Source of the DNA: a bacterium
GTDB taxonomy: Bacteria; Patescibacteriota; Dojkabacteria; GCA-016699595
DNA length: 64,000 nucleotides
Assembly (NCBI GenBank): GCA_016699595.1
Contig: CP064982.1
Span: 572,340 to 636,339, forward strand
Reading direction: 5' to 3'
Numbering within the stretch: position 1 is the first letter of the stretch; each line of letters begins with the position of its first letter. The position numbers and the translations under genes are program-made. The notes under the pieces are model-generated. The model ran no database searches, was not told where the DNA came from, and saw nothing but the letters and a program-made list of their open reading frames with translations. Positions 37,441 through 47,839 of this stretch are shown in pieces.

Positions 37441-38753
37441 TCAAAAATATTTTTTCAAAAATAGATATACGCTTGAGCATACCTATAGTTGTTCTCGTGA
37501 TTATAAGCATTACAATGAATTACTCTCTCACTTTCGGAGTTGAGAATCCAGCATTAGGAGGCAATACTTTGATAAAGCATACAGTATTTCTTATTGTAGG
37601 ATTTACAACATATGTATTGGTTTCACAAATCAATATAAACTTTATTTTTGAGAAACAAGTAATCTTTTTGCTGGCCCTAGTAAACATTCTTTTAATGATT
37701 GGGGTTCTATTTACCCCCGAGATTGCAAATGTTCACAGATGGTTTGTACTTGGTCCTGTACAAGTGCAAGTTTCTGAACTTACCAAGCTCATAAATCTCG
37801 TTCTAATTACTTTTTTGCTCTCTCATTTTTTTGAGATTGATTTGTTCACAAAAGTCAAAAAAAGGCAGGATGCTTGGCTATATGGATTGTTGATCTTGGG
37901 CTTGATTTTGGTAACATTTTTTCTCATTTCTCTTGAACCATCGCTTGGTAGTGCAGTTTTGATAACGATAATTCAAGTCCTAGTTTTAATTTATTTTTGG
38001 CCATACAAGAAACCTCTTGTACTTGCTTTGTTTGTAGTATCATCATTTTCGTTGCTCCTTTTCTTTTTTCCTTTTGAGTTAGGGTCTAAGTTTTTCTTCT
38101 CTATTGCAGGATTGTTGAGCTTTTCAATTTTGCTTTCAAAATTACTAGATACATCAAAACTTGTTCTGGTAATCTCAGTTTGCCTTGGTTTATCCTTACT
38201 TCCGTTAACCGAGTATGCATACAAACAAGTACTAAATGATTATCAAAGGGCAAGAGTAGAATCGTTCCTATCACAAGAAGCTAGAAGTCAAGATCAAAGT
38301 TACCAACAAGACAATGCAAAGATAGCTATACAGAATGGTGCTTTTTTTGGGGCAGGTTACCTACAAGGAATCCAGTCCAAGGGACCTATTCCAAATTTAC
38401 CGTATAGTTTCAATGACTTTTTTTTTGCAGGATTCGCTGAGGAATTTGGAGTTCTTGGAACACTTGGACTTTTGACTTTGTTTTCGTTAATACTCCTGAG
38501 GATACTTGATCTAGCAAATACAATGGAGAATCCTACAAACAAGATTCTTTTGACTAGCTTTGCCATCACAATTGCAGTACAAACGACACTTCATATATTT
38601 ATCAACATGGGTTTCGTAGTAAATACTGGAATACCTATGCCTATTTTGAGTTATGGTGGCACCTCAAATTTGATTTTCTTTGTAATGTTTGGTATGGTAA
38701 ACTCAATGAATAATGCTACAAAAGATAGTAGTTTTCTTAAGTATAACAAATAA
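37437..38753 (+). CDS. ftsW: SEDS-family peptidoglycan glycosyltransferase (FtsW/RodA)
   Basis: Ten predicted TM helices. PNLPYSFNDFFFAGFAEEFGVLGTLGLLTLF and PMPILSYGGTSNLIFFVMFGM match the conserved SEDS motifs (DFIFA..EE.G..G; PlPFiSYGGSS). Confidence 0.8.
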   Translation: MIKNIFSKIDIRLSIPIVVLVIISITMNYSLTFGVENPALGGNTLIKHTVFLIVGFTTYVLVSQININFIFEKQVIFLLALVNILLMIGVLFTPEIANVHRWFVLGPVQVQVSELTKLINLVLITFLLSHFFEIDLFTKVKKRQDAWLYGLLILGLILVTFFLISLEPSLGSAVLITIIQVLVLIYFWPYKKPLVLALFVVSSFSLLLFFFPFELGSKFFFSIAGLLSFSILLSKLLDTSKLVLVISVCLGLSLLPLTEYAYKQVLNDYQRARVESFLSQEARSQDQSYQQDNAKIAIQNGAFFGAGYLQGIQSKGPIPNLPYSFNDFFFAGFAEEFGVLGTLGLLTLFSLILLRILDLANTMENPTNKILLTSFAITIAVQTTLHIFINMGFVVNTGIPMPILSYGGTSNLIFFVMFGMVNSMNNATKDSSFLKYNK

Positions 38754-38775
38754 TATTTATAACAATTATGTATAT

Positions 38776-40026
38776 ATGGCAAAAATCAAATCTCTTCAAT
38801 CATATGAAATCCTAGCATCAAACGGCCTTCCAACAATTGAAGTTCGCATTGAGCTTGAAAACGGTATTGTTGAATTTAGCTCAATCAGTTACGGAGCTTC
38901 TGCAGGCAGTCGTGAAGCTATGCAACTTGTTGATAAAAGTGATTCAAGATTCAAAGGGAATGGTATGCTTCAAGCAATTTCAAATATAAATGAAATCATA
39001 GTTCCTAAAATAATTGGCAGAGAATGTGAGTTTTTAGAAATTGACAAACTACTTCTAGAATTAGATCCAACTTTTGATAAGTCAAAGCTTGGTGGCAATG
39101 CAATTCTTTCAGTTTCTCAAGCCATTTGCAAAACCCAGGCAAAATCAGAAAAAAAAGAAATTTACGAATTGATTTCTGATTTTATGCAAATATATGTTGA
39201 ATATTTGCCAATGCCAAATATGGTTATGATAGAAGGTGGAAAACATGCAGATAATTCAACAGATTTACAAGAATATGCACTTGCTTATCAAAACGACACA
39301 GTAAATTATCTTGATCAAATCCGTATACTTGAAGAAATTTACCTTGAGGTTAAAAAGGAATTAAAAAAACGAAATTACAATACAAATGTCGGAAACGAAG
39401 GTGCATTCGCACCAAGTAAAATTGTTAGCAACATTGAACCCGTGGAAATTCTTGAAATTGCTATTGCAAATGCCGGATATAGCTTTGATGATGTAAAAAT
39501 TTATATAGATGCTGCTGCTTCTGAGTTTTGTGATAAAGATAATAATTACACCTTAATTAAAGATAATTTGCATAATATCTCAAGTTCTGAACTTATGAAT
39601 TTGTATAAAAGGTTTGACAAAAGTGTTTTAGGACTTTTGGAAGATCCTTTTTCAGAAACTGACTTTATGAGTTGGGAAGATAGCTTGAAAAATCTCAATT
39701 TTGAATATATAGTTGCAGATGATTTGACTGTAAGTAATGCAGAACTTCTTGAAAAAGCAATTTTGGGTAAATGCTGCAATGCAGTTATAATAAAACCGAA
39801 TCAGGTTGGAACTATAACCGAAACACTTCGAACTTGTAAACTTGCCAAAGATAATAAAATTGAAATAATAGTTTCTCACAGAGGTGGAGGAGAAAGTAAT
39901 GATGATTTTATAGCAGATCTTGCAGTTGGTGTTCAAGCCAAATGGATCAAATGTGGTCCAACAAGGGGGGAAAGAGTTAGCAAGTACAATAGACTTCTTA
40001 GAGTTGCTAGAAAACTTGGATTGTAA
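38776..40026 (+). CDS. eno: enolase
   Basis: MAKIKSLQSYEILASNGLPTIEVRIELENG...SYGASAGSREAMQLVDK, and the C-terminal NAVIIKPNQVGTITETL...SHRGGGESND, are canonical enolase motifs. The ATG at 38776 is preferred over the track's 38713. Confidence 0.9.
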   Translation: MAKIKSLQSYEILASNGLPTIEVRIELENGIVEFSSISYGASAGSREAMQLVDKSDSRFKGNGMLQAISNINEIIVPKIIGRECEFLEIDKLLLELDPTFDKSKLGGNAILSVSQAICKTQAKSEKKEIYELISDFMQIYVEYLPMPNMVMIEGGKHADNSTDLQEYALAYQNDTVNYLDQIRILEEIYLEVKKELKKRNYNTNVGNEGAFAPSKIVSNIEPVEILEIAIANAGYSFDDVKIYIDAAASEFCDKDNNYTLIKDNLHNISSSELMNLYKRFDKSVLGLLEDPFSETDFMSWEDSLKNLNFEYIVADDLTVSNAELLEKAILGKCCNAVIIKPNQVGTITETLRTCKLAKDNKIEIIVSHRGGGESNDDFIADLAVGVQAKWIKCGPTRGERVSKYNRLLRVARKLGL

Positions 40027-40085
40027 TATTAAACCGTAAAATAATTATAAAATTATCAAAGCTAAAAATCATTACAAGTTCTAAC

Positions 40086-41528
40086 GTGATTTTTTTATTA
40101 ATCTTATTTGTTGGAATCTTTTTTCATACATACAAAATAACGACTATCTTGCCTGATCTATATGTGGACGAAACATCAATTGGCTACAATGCTTATCTAA
40201 TTTCACAAAATTTATTTGATGAACATGGGAAACATTTGCCGCTTTATTTTGAAGCGTTTGGAGAATACAAAAATCCTATTTATATTTATACAACTGCCCT
40301 CCTTTTCAAGTTTACTTCTGGACTTGGATATATTGAACTGCTTCGATTGACATCTTTTTTGTTTTGGTTAATTTTCTTTATAGGTAGTTACAAAGTTATA
40401 CAAGTTTTTTCACATTCCAAGTTTGTTTTGATCTTAGGTCTTTTGGTAACTGCCTTTAGCCCATTTATATTCCAAATTTCAAGAATTTCATTCGAAGTTA
40501 TAAGTATGGCAAGCTTTATGATTTGGTTTTACTATTTCATCTTAAGGTATGACAATTTAGGAAAAATCAAATTTCTGATTTTTGCAGCTTCTATACTTGG
40601 CATTAGTTATTACTCTTATTCTACAGCTCGTTTGTTCGTAATTTTAGCTTTCCTGATTTTGTTTTTATACTTACTAAAAAAAAGGGCAACTAAAAGCCAT
40701 CTTATTTTGTTGGTAGTGATAGGTGCTGGACTCATTGTGCCAGCGATGACTTTTAGCTATGTGAATGATAATGCTTTGACCAGAAGATTTGATTCGCTTA
40801 CTTACATAAACAATCCTAAATTGAATTTACTTGAAAAAAGTGGCAAGTTTTTATTAAACTATTTTGTAAACTTCGATCTCTCTTATCTACTTATCATTGG
40901 AGATAGAAATTCTAGGCACTCAACGATTTATTTCGGCGAAATATATGTAGTAATGTTTGTCGCTGTCTTGTTATATTTCAAGCACACAAAAACTTTGATC
41001 TCGAAGCCGATCAATGCTGTTCTTGTCGGACTTTTCATAGTCTCACCTATATCTACAGCGTTGACTAATGATACTTACCACTCACTTAGAGGATTTATAA
41101 TATTTCTCACATCACTACCATTCGTTTTTTCCGGACTAGAGTATATCAAGGACAGAAAAACTATTTATGCTCTGTTGATTTTCACTATCATTCAAATCAT
41201 CGGTTATCTCACATATTACTTTGCTCCAAGTGGATATCAATATCAGTCTAGAAATGCTACTGAAAATTATGGGTTTCAACCGATAATCAACAAATTATTT
41301 GAAAAAGAGCCACAACAAATATATTTAGTTAATGACTATCCGGATATAAATAGGAAGTTTTATGAAATTGTATTGGACGAAAAGATTGAGAAAGTGAATC
41401 CAAGTACAACTTTTCCTACAGATAGTGAAATTTGTGTTATTAGCAACAAAAGTTTCAGCCATGATAAGGACTTCACTTATATAGAAACCGTTTCCAATTC
41501 TGATTATAGACTATGGTGCAATTTTTGA
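40086..41528 (+). CDS. GT-C family membrane glycosyltransferase (ArnT/PMT-like)
   Basis: Polytopic membrane protein with DETSIGYNAY in the first extracytoplasmic loop (the DE motif of GT39/GT83-type enzymes). GTG start at 40086. Confidence 0.55.
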   Translation: MIFLLILFVGIFFHTYKITTILPDLYVDETSIGYNAYLISQNLFDEHGKHLPLYFEAFGEYKNPIYIYTTALLFKFTSGLGYIELLRLTSFLFWLIFFIGSYKVIQVFSHSKFVLILGLLVTAFSPFIFQISRISFEVISMASFMIWFYYFILRYDNLGKIKFLIFAASILGISYYSYSTARLFVILAFLILFLYLLKKRATKSHLILLVVIGAGLIVPAMTFSYVNDNALTRRFDSLTYINNPKLNLLEKSGKFLLNYFVNFDLSYLLIIGDRNSRHSTIYFGEIYVVMFVAVLLYFKHTKTLISKPINAVLVGLFIVSPISTALTNDTYHSLRGFIIFLTSLPFVFSGLEYIKDRKTIYALLIFTIIQIIGYLTYYFAPSGYQYQSRNATENYGFQPIINKLFEKEPQQIYLVNDYPDINRKFYEIVLDEKIEKVNPSTTFPTDSEICVISNKSFSHDKDFTYIETVSNSDYRLWCNF

Positions 41529-41811
41529 GGTTATTCATAGAATCTTAAATGGTTCACTGATGGTAACAGTGATTACGTCTAGTCGAAATAAATTCCACCA
41601 CTTTATTTATTAGCATGTTCCTTACTCAAACTCACTGTATTACTCTCTGCGCCACTTTACATTCTCAATACACTTTGTTTCAATCATGAGATATAACAAG
41701 AATATGTTACATTTATTTGATATTAGGTAAATTGATATCATAGATAAACAACAAGATTCTACTATTTTACTAGAAGATAGCGTACTAAATATTAGAGTTG
41801 TAATATTATTA

Positions 41812-42070
41812 GAAACTCCTCTTATACCTTCGCCTTGGCAACCTGATTATGAAAAATTAAAGCGCAATTTGAAAAGTATGATGTTGACGAAAATACAATT
41901 TTAGTTGGCCATAGTTGCGGTTGTGCATTTCTTGTTCGTCGGCTCGGGGGAAATAAAAGAAATGTTTGTGGACTTATATTAGTTACTCCTTGGAAGTTTC
42001 CTGATAAAGAAAGGATTTTAGCGAAGCACTTTACGCTTACAAAATTGTTGAAACCATCAAAGATAGAATA
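41812..42070 (+). pseudogene. frameshifted remnant of an alpha/beta serine hydrolase (YdeN/RBBP9-like)
   Basis: With one frameshift it reads ...PWQPDYEKLKRNLKSYDVDENTILVGHSCGCAFLVRRLGGNKRNVCGLILVTPW. The nucleophile-elbow-like motif is VGHSCG. There is no intact ORF. Confidence 0.4.
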
Positions 42071-42289
42071 AATAAAATAATTATGTTTACTTTCAACAAT
42101 GAAGAGGACTAGGGAAAAGAAAATTTAAAGATTTTTCATAATGCCCTCGGTGGACAATAGTAAATCTTAAAGATCATGGACATTACCTTTTAGATGATAT
42201 TGGAACTAAAGAGTTCGCTGAATTATTAGAAGTGATTATTTGCTAAAATAGGATATATGAAATACTTTTGAAAAAACTATCAAACCACT

Positions 42290-42508
42290 ATGAAAAAATG
42301 GTTTTTATGGAATTGGCATAATTCACGGAAAAGAACATTTGATTGCAATTTGATTGGTATCGAAATAACTCACGAAGCAATTAACTTAACAGAATTTATT
42401 CATCCCAAGAGAGCAATTTATATAATTGATGCAGAAGATGATGGATTACCTGTAGAAGTTCTAAAAGCATGTAATGAAACGTTTGCATCTATGGAGAAAG
42501 AAGTTTAA
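42290..42508 (+). pseudogene. C-terminal fragment of a SpoU/TrmH-family RNA methyltransferase
   Basis: AIYIIDAEDDGLPVEVLKACNETFASM resembles the TrmH motif (lvlGnEgkGls.evl..cd..v.IPm). Only 72 aa, with no N-terminal half. Confidence 0.4.
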
Positions 42509-42699
42509 ATGTTACGGTTGCTGGAAGCATAGTGCTATATGGTAGACTAAGTAAGCGACTTTCTAAATAACTATAGTTCACTTTATCCCTAAAACAAAAT
42601 TTTACCTAAACAATTAATTTCTTTTATTTCCCATGTTGAAGTTATTGGTATAAACTTTTAGAAATTACCTGACCAATATCTCGCTACATTCAACATCTA

Positions 42700-43791
42700 C
42701 TACTCCCCCATGGTTGCTTTTAACTTCTCCCAAAGCTCCTTTTCGTTTCTTGATAACTTTGTTGGGATTTGAATTTTCAACTTTATATATTCATCTCCTT
42801 TCTGTTCAGTTCGAAACTTGAAAGCCCCATATTCTTTCAGTCTCAATATTTTGTCCGGTTGAGTTCCAGCTGTAATCTTGATAGTTACTTGACCATGAAC
42901 CGTAGGAACTTCAACTTCACCACCCAAAACTGCCAAAGTTAGTGGAATTTTGTAATCAACATATATATCACTGCCATTTCGTTCGAATAGTTCATGCGAT
43001 TGAACTTCAATTTCCAAAAACAAATCACCATAACCAGCATTATGCTTACCGGCATTTCCTTTACCTGCAAATCTTAGATTCAATCCATCCGGAGTTCCTT
43101 TAGGGATTTTGACTGACAATTCTTCACTGTGATCTACCAAACCGTCTCCATGACAAACCTCACACTTATGTTCTATCATCTTTCCCGTGCCATGACAATT
43201 GTCACACTCAACGACTGTTTGCATAGGACCCAAAAAAGTTTTTTGGATTTTGGACATTCTTCCAGTCCCATTACACTTATTACATTTTGTAGCTGTTTTG
43301 CCTGCCTGTGCACCCGATCCTCCACATTGTTGGCACTCTATCTTTCTTTTGTAGTGAATACTTTTCTCAGTACCAAATATAGCATCCATAAAACTTAATT
43401 CAAGTCTCATAGCTAGATCCTCGCCTCGTCTATTTGTCCTACTTCTACTCACTCCTCCTCCGAACATAGAGCCAAATAAATCGCCCAAATCAAATTCCAT
43501 TCCTTCACCACCAAATCCACCGAATCCCTGAAACCCGCCGAAATCAACCCCACCTGTTCCAGCTCCTCCGAATCCTTGAGTACCCGCAAAACCATACTGA
43601 TCATATGCAGATCTTTTTTGATCATCTGACAACATTTCATAAGCATCAGTTGCCTCTTTGAATTTGTCAGCTGCATTTGGAGCTTTATTTCTATCTGGAT
43701 GATACTCTTTGGCTAATTTTCTATATGCTTTTTTGATGTCATCTTTGGATGCAGATTTTGCAACACCCAAGATTTCGTAGGGATCTCTCAT
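42700..43791 (-). CDS. dnaJ: chaperone DnaJ (Hsp40)
   Basis: J-domain DPYEILGV...HPDRN, G/F-rich linker, four CxxCxGxG zinc-finger repeats (CQQCGGSG, CNKCNGTG, CDNCHGTG, CEVCHGDG). Confidence 0.95.
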   Translation of the reverse strand: MRDPYEILGVAKSASKDDIKKAYRKLAKEYHPDRNKAPNAADKFKEATDAYEMLSDDQKRSAYDQYGFAGTQGFGGAGTGGVDFGGFQGFGGFGGEGMEFDLGDLFGSMFGGGVSRSRTNRRGEDLAMRLELSFMDAIFGTEKSIHYKRKIECQQCGGSGAQAGKTATKCNKCNGTGRMSKIQKTFLGPMQTVVECDNCHGTGKMIEHKCEVCHGDGLVDHSEELSVKIPKGTPDGLNLRFAGKGNAGKHNAGYGDLFLEIEVQSHELFERNGSDIYVDYKIPLTLAVLGGEVEVPTVHGQVTIKITAGTQPDKILRLKEYGAFKFRTEQKGDEYIKLKIQIPTKLSRNEKELWEKLKATMGE

Positions 43792-43840
43792 GAGTAATCA
43801 TTTTAGCAGACTAAATTTGGCTTTGCAAACATACAAGCTT

Positions 43841-44845
43841 CTACTGTCGGTTTACCAAAACCTTTAGCAAGAAATTTGCAACCTTTGCACCATCATGGCG
43901 AATTAGACTTCGACTTATCACATCGCCTGATACTTGAGATATTGTTTCAGTTGCTAGAAAATCAGATTTCTTGACTCGAAGATCATTTGTCATATCATCA
44001 ATTACAGGAAAGTCATTTTGTAACTTGTATTTCTCAACTATATCCTCTGGTAGTTTCGAATCATTCCAAAGTATCGTATCAATACTTCTGCCAAGGTACT
44101 TTTCAACCTCTCTCACATGATCTTGCAGACTGAATTTATATGTTTGGCCATACTTAGTAACAAGGTTGGAAATATAAAAAAGTTTGGCATTCGAATCACA
44201 GATGACTTTCGAAATATCATCAATCACCAAGTTTGCAAGAATGCTTGTGTACAAGTCTCCAGGACCTATCAAAATTACATCTGCAGAAATAATGGCATTT
44301 CTTACTGCATCATATGTCTCAACTTTTCTATCAATAGATAGTTTCATGATCTTCAGCCTACCATCATGTGGATATGGAGGTTCGTCAATCAAATGCTCTC
44401 CCAGCAGCGTAGAGCCATTTTCGTATTCTGCAACAAGTTCACACTTATTCAGTGTTATTGGAAGTATTCTGCCATTCACATTGAGCAATTTGCTAACTTT
44501 TTCAATTGCTATAAGTTCATCACCATACATATCAGTCAAAGCAGTTAGTAATAAATTCCCTACATTATGTCCTTTAAGTCCAGTTTCTCCATTGTCGAAT
44601 CTGTACAAGAAGAGATCTCGAAGAGTATTTTCATCTTCATCATTGTCTGAAAGAGCGACTAAAGCTTGCCGAAAATCTCCCATAGGTAAGTAGCCGAATT
44701 CGTCCCTTAATCTTCCAGTAGAACCACCAGAATCAGTTGAAGGAAGAATAGATGTAATTTCAAATTCCGGAATTTGTCTCAAACCTTTGAGAATCGTAAA
44801 TCCACCTGTTCCACCAGAAATTGTAACTATTTTGATTTTGTTCAT
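43841..44845 (-). CDS. YvcK/CofD-family gluconeogenesis-factor-like protein (UPF0052)
   Basis: KIKIVTISGGTGGFTILKGL...ITSILPSTDSGGSTGRLRDEFGYLPMGDFRQALVALSD. The ATG at 44845 is preferred because the track start at 44899 would overlap tRNA-Val. Confidence 0.75.
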   Translation of the reverse strand: MNKIKIVTISGGTGGFTILKGLRQIPEFEITSILPSTDSGGSTGRLRDEFGYLPMGDFRQALVALSDNDEDENTLRDLFLYRFDNGETGLKGHNVGNLLLTALTDMYGDELIAIEKVSKLLNVNGRILPITLNKCELVAEYENGSTLLGEHLIDEPPYPHDGRLKIMKLSIDRKVETYDAVRNAIISADVILIGPGDLYTSILANLVIDDISKVICDSNAKLFYISNLVTKYGQTYKFSLQDHVREVEKYLGRSIDTILWNDSKLPEDIVEKYKLQNDFPVIDDMTNDLRVKKSDFLATETISQVSGDVISRSLIRHDGAKVANFLLKVLVNRQ

Positions 44846-44863
44846 AACCGGTTTGGTATTTAA

Positions 44864-44936
44864 TGGTCGCAACAAGATTTGAACTTGTGACCCCTTCAAT
44901 GTGAATGAAGTGCTCTACCGCTGAGCCATGCGACCT
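44864..44936 (-). tRNA. tRNA-Val (anticodon CAC)
   Basis: Minus-strand sequence ggtcgcatggctcagcggtagagcacttcattCACattgaaggggtcacaagttcaaatcttgttgcgacca. Perfect 7-bp acceptor stem; T-loop ttcaaat. Confidence 0.8.
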
Positions 44937-45020
44937 ACACTTCAATTATATCGTATAGGAAATGGATAGCCAAGTATAGAAACTTCTTGCAGTGTATAAA
45001 ATATAATGTAAAATCTCAAA

Positions 45021-45620
45021 ATGCCAAGCAGAAATCTTTTTATTGATATTGAAGGGCTTGATGGAAGTGGGTCTTCAACTCAAGCTTCATTACTTAGCGA
45101 ATACTTAAATCAAAAAAGTCTCAAAACAATTGCTACTAAGGAACCTACAGATAATGTTATTGGTGGATTGATCAGAGGAACTCTAACTGGAACAATTTCT
45201 GACATGCCGCCAACTGCATTGCAGTTACTTTTCGTTGCAGATAGACTACATCATTTGCACAAATTTATCTTGCCTGCACTAGAAGTAAGTAATGTCATTA
45301 CGGATCGATACCTCTGGAGCACAGTTGCATTTGGAGGCATTTCTATTGATAGAGACTGGTTACTTGACATTCAAAAAGATGTACAATTACCTGATCTTAC
45401 TTTTTTTATAAAGCTTGATCCCGAAGAATGTGTGAAGAGAATTCACAAAAATAGGTTTGATATTGAGCTATTTGAGAAAGTTGATAAACTTACCAAAGCT
45501 TGGGAAAATTATCTTTGGCTAAAAGAGAAATTTCCTGAAAAAATTTTCATCATTGATGGCCATCAAGAAAAACAAAAGGTTTTAGAGGATATAGTTAAGG
45601 TTTTAGAAAACTACACTTAG
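45021..45620 (+). CDS. tmk: thymidylate kinase
   Basis: P-loop FIDIEGLDGSGSSTQ, DRY-like DRYLWS, and the lid region. Confidence 0.85.
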   Translation: MPSRNLFIDIEGLDGSGSSTQASLLSEYLNQKSLKTIATKEPTDNVIGGLIRGTLTGTISDMPPTALQLLFVADRLHHLHKFILPALEVSNVITDRYLWSTVAFGGISIDRDWLLDIQKDVQLPDLTFFIKLDPEECVKRIHKNRFDIELFEKVDKLTKAWENYLWLKEKFPEKIFIIDGHQEKQKVLEDIVKVLENYT

Positions 45621-46258
45621 TTTTGTTTCAGTGCCTCTATCAGGAAGCCAATATGTTCTTCAAGAGATATTCCTATTTCTTCAATTGACTTATAGATATC
45701 ATCTCTATTTACTCCAGAGGCAAAAGATTTTTCTTTCAATCTTTTTATAACTGACTTTGGTTCTAAGTCAGAAATTCCATTTGGTCTAACTTTGCCAACA
45801 GCTACTATAAATCCAGAAAGTTCATCACAGGCAAAGAGAAATTTATCCATGATCCTAACTCTTGGAATTGAGCGATGAATTATTCCTCCTACAACTTCGA
45901 CTTCATTACTTAGATTTTCTCTATTTATCCAATCAATATCTGCATGTGAATTTATTGCTTGAATTATTTCAATAGGGAAATTTATACTTTTCAAATATTG
46001 AACTATAACTGCCGGATGTTTGTCCGGACTTGATTCCCAATCTGAATCATGCAAAATTCCAGCAATCTGCCAATATTCAGGATTTATATTTTGAATCTCT
46101 TCTTCGGTAAATTTATCAGTTTTGATTTCACTGGATTTCAGTTTCTCGGCATAATATTTCATGCACTTGCCAACATTTAGGCAGTGTTGTCTTAGTGAAG
46201 CATTTGCGACTTGCTCAAATAGATATTGAGTTGTACTATCAACTGTAAGTTCTAGCAT
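45617..46258 (-). CDS. HD-domain phosphohydrolase
   Basis: H...HD motif: LRQHCLNVGK...AGILHDSDWE. The likely start is the ATG at 46258 (track extends to 46360). Confidence 0.6.
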   Translation of the reverse strand: MLELTVDSTTQYLFEQVANASLRQHCLNVGKCMKYYAEKLKSSEIKTDKFTEEEIQNINPEYWQIAGILHDSDWESSPDKHPAVIVQYLKSINFPIEIIQAINSHADIDWINRENLSNEVEVVGGIIHRSIPRVRIMDKFLFACDELSGFIVAVGKVRPNGISDLEPKSVIKRLKEKSFASGVNRDDIYKSIEEIGISLEEHIGFLIEALKQN

Positions 46259-46330
46259 ACTTGAAAAATGAAGATAAACTAAGACATTTATGATAATATT
46301 TGTCATAAATTTAACTTCAAAAGCATAACA

Positions 46331-47248
46331 ATGAATATTATCACAAAAACAATCAAACAAATTATTAAATTATTGCCAGTTTTACTAATTTTGGGTTTTG
46401 GTATATATTTCTATCTCAACAATAAATCCTCAAAAATAAACTATGAAACAACTACTGAAAAAGTTTTAGTTGGAAATATCCAAGAATTTGTCTCAGTTTC
46501 AGGAACTATCAAACCAGAAAGGCAAGTTAGCTTATTTGCAAAAGCAACTCAAACAAAAGTTAGTGAATTGGCTGTATCCCTAGGTCAAAAAGTTACAAAA
46601 GACCAAGTTTTGGCAAAATTTACTACAAACATTTGGGCTGATCGTGAAATTGTTTCTCCAATTGATGGAATTATCACAAATTTAAATATGTTTGCAGATG
46701 AAGTTCCAAGTTATCAACGAAGTTTAGTTACTATAAATTCAGAAAAACTCTATGCAGAACTTGAAGTTTCAGAGTATGATGTAGCAAAAATTAAACCAAG
46801 TCAAAGTGTGACTTTGCATTTTGATGGGTTTGATAAAAATGGAAAAGTTAGCGAAGTTGCTCTAAATCCAAGTGCAAGTACTTCACTTACAAAAAGCATA
46901 ACTTACACTGTAAAAATAGAACTTGATGATCAAGGTAATTTGCGAAATGGTTTTTCGTTTGACGCTGATATTGTGATAAGCTCAAAAGATAATATTTTGA
47001 AAGTTAGCAGTAGCGCATTGAAGTCTACCGCTTCGAAATATTCAGTTGAAATTGAAACTGAAAAAGAAGTTAGTAATAATGATGGAACTAAATCAAGTGA
47101 GAAAGTATTTGAGATAAGACCAGTTGAAGTTGGTATAAATAATGATACAGAAGCTGAAATTATTTCTGGACTTAAAGAAGGTGAAGAAATAGTTCTAGAA
47201 AAAAAAGAAGTAAAAACAAATAACAGATTTAATTTATTCAATAAATAA
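46331..47248 (+). CDS. efflux periplasmic adaptor (membrane fusion protein, MacA/HlyD-like)
   Basis: N-terminal TM anchor, then a biotinyl/lipoyl-like hairpin VSGTIKPERQVSLFAKATQTKVSELAVSLGQKVTKDQVLAKF and beta-barrel domains. Confidence 0.75.
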   Translation: MNIITKTIKQIIKLLPVLLILGFGIYFYLNNKSSKINYETTTEKVLVGNIQEFVSVSGTIKPERQVSLFAKATQTKVSELAVSLGQKVTKDQVLAKFTTNIWADREIVSPIDGIITNLNMFADEVPSYQRSLVTINSEKLYAELEVSEYDVAKIKPSQSVTLHFDGFDKNGKVSEVALNPSASTSLTKSITYTVKIELDDQGNLRNGFSFDADIVISSKDNILKVSSSALKSTASKYSVEIETEKEVSNNDGTKSSEKVFEIRPVEVGINNDTEAEIISGLKEGEEIVLEKKEVKTNNRFNLFNK

Positions 47249-47260
47249 TTTAGCTTAATT

Positions 47261-47839
47261 ATGTCAGACCTACAAAAGTTACTTAAATTTACTGAGTTTA
47301 CTCATAAATTTCAACAAGTGAAAAGAATGATTTTTGTAAATCATGAAGATAGGATGGAAAACGATTCTGAACATTCTCTTCAAGTTGCATTACTTTGTTG
47401 GTACTTTGTTTCATACAAAAAACTTGACTATGATTTAGATAAGATTATCAAATACGCTCTTGTTCATGACCTTGTTGAAACTTACGCAGGTGATACTTAT
47501 TTTTATGGAAATAGAGATCAAAAAGCTGAAAAGGAAGCTGAAGCTTTGAAAAAGATAGAAACAGAATTTCCAGACGCAAAAGATATAACTAATCTGATAC
47601 ACGATTATGAACAAGAAGTTGATAAAGAAGCAAAGTTTGTAAATTGTTTTGAAAAGATAATTCCAGTTTTAAATATCTATCTAGATAATGGGAAAACATG
47701 GACAGTAAATAAAGTAACTATTGAAATGTTACTTACGAAAAAAGCTCCAAAGGTAACTCGATGTGAAGAATTAGTTGAAATATGGAAAGAGTTTGAAGAA
47801 TTACTTAAAGAAAATAAGCACATGTTTTATGAAGTATGA
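47261..47839 (+). CDS. HD-domain phosphohydrolase (YfbR-like 5'-nucleotidase family)
   Basis: HSLQVALLCWYF...ALVHDLVETYAGDT is the HD motif with flanking metal ligands. Confidence 0.65.
   Translation: MSDLQKLLKFTEFTHKFQQVKRMIFVNHEDRMENDSEHSLQVALLCWYFVSYKKLDYDLDKIIKYALVHDLVETYAGDTYFYGNRDQKAEKEAEALKKIETEFPDAKDITNLIHDYEQEVDKEAKFVNCFEKIIPVLNIYLDNGKTWTVNKVTIEMLLTKKAPKVTRCEELVEIWKEFEELLKENKHMFYEV

Noticed and set aside
44184-44945. Plus-strand ORFs inside yvcK and minus-strand ORF 44760-44945
   Set aside because: Antisense or overlapping shadows of the YvcK gene and of tRNA-Val(CAC).
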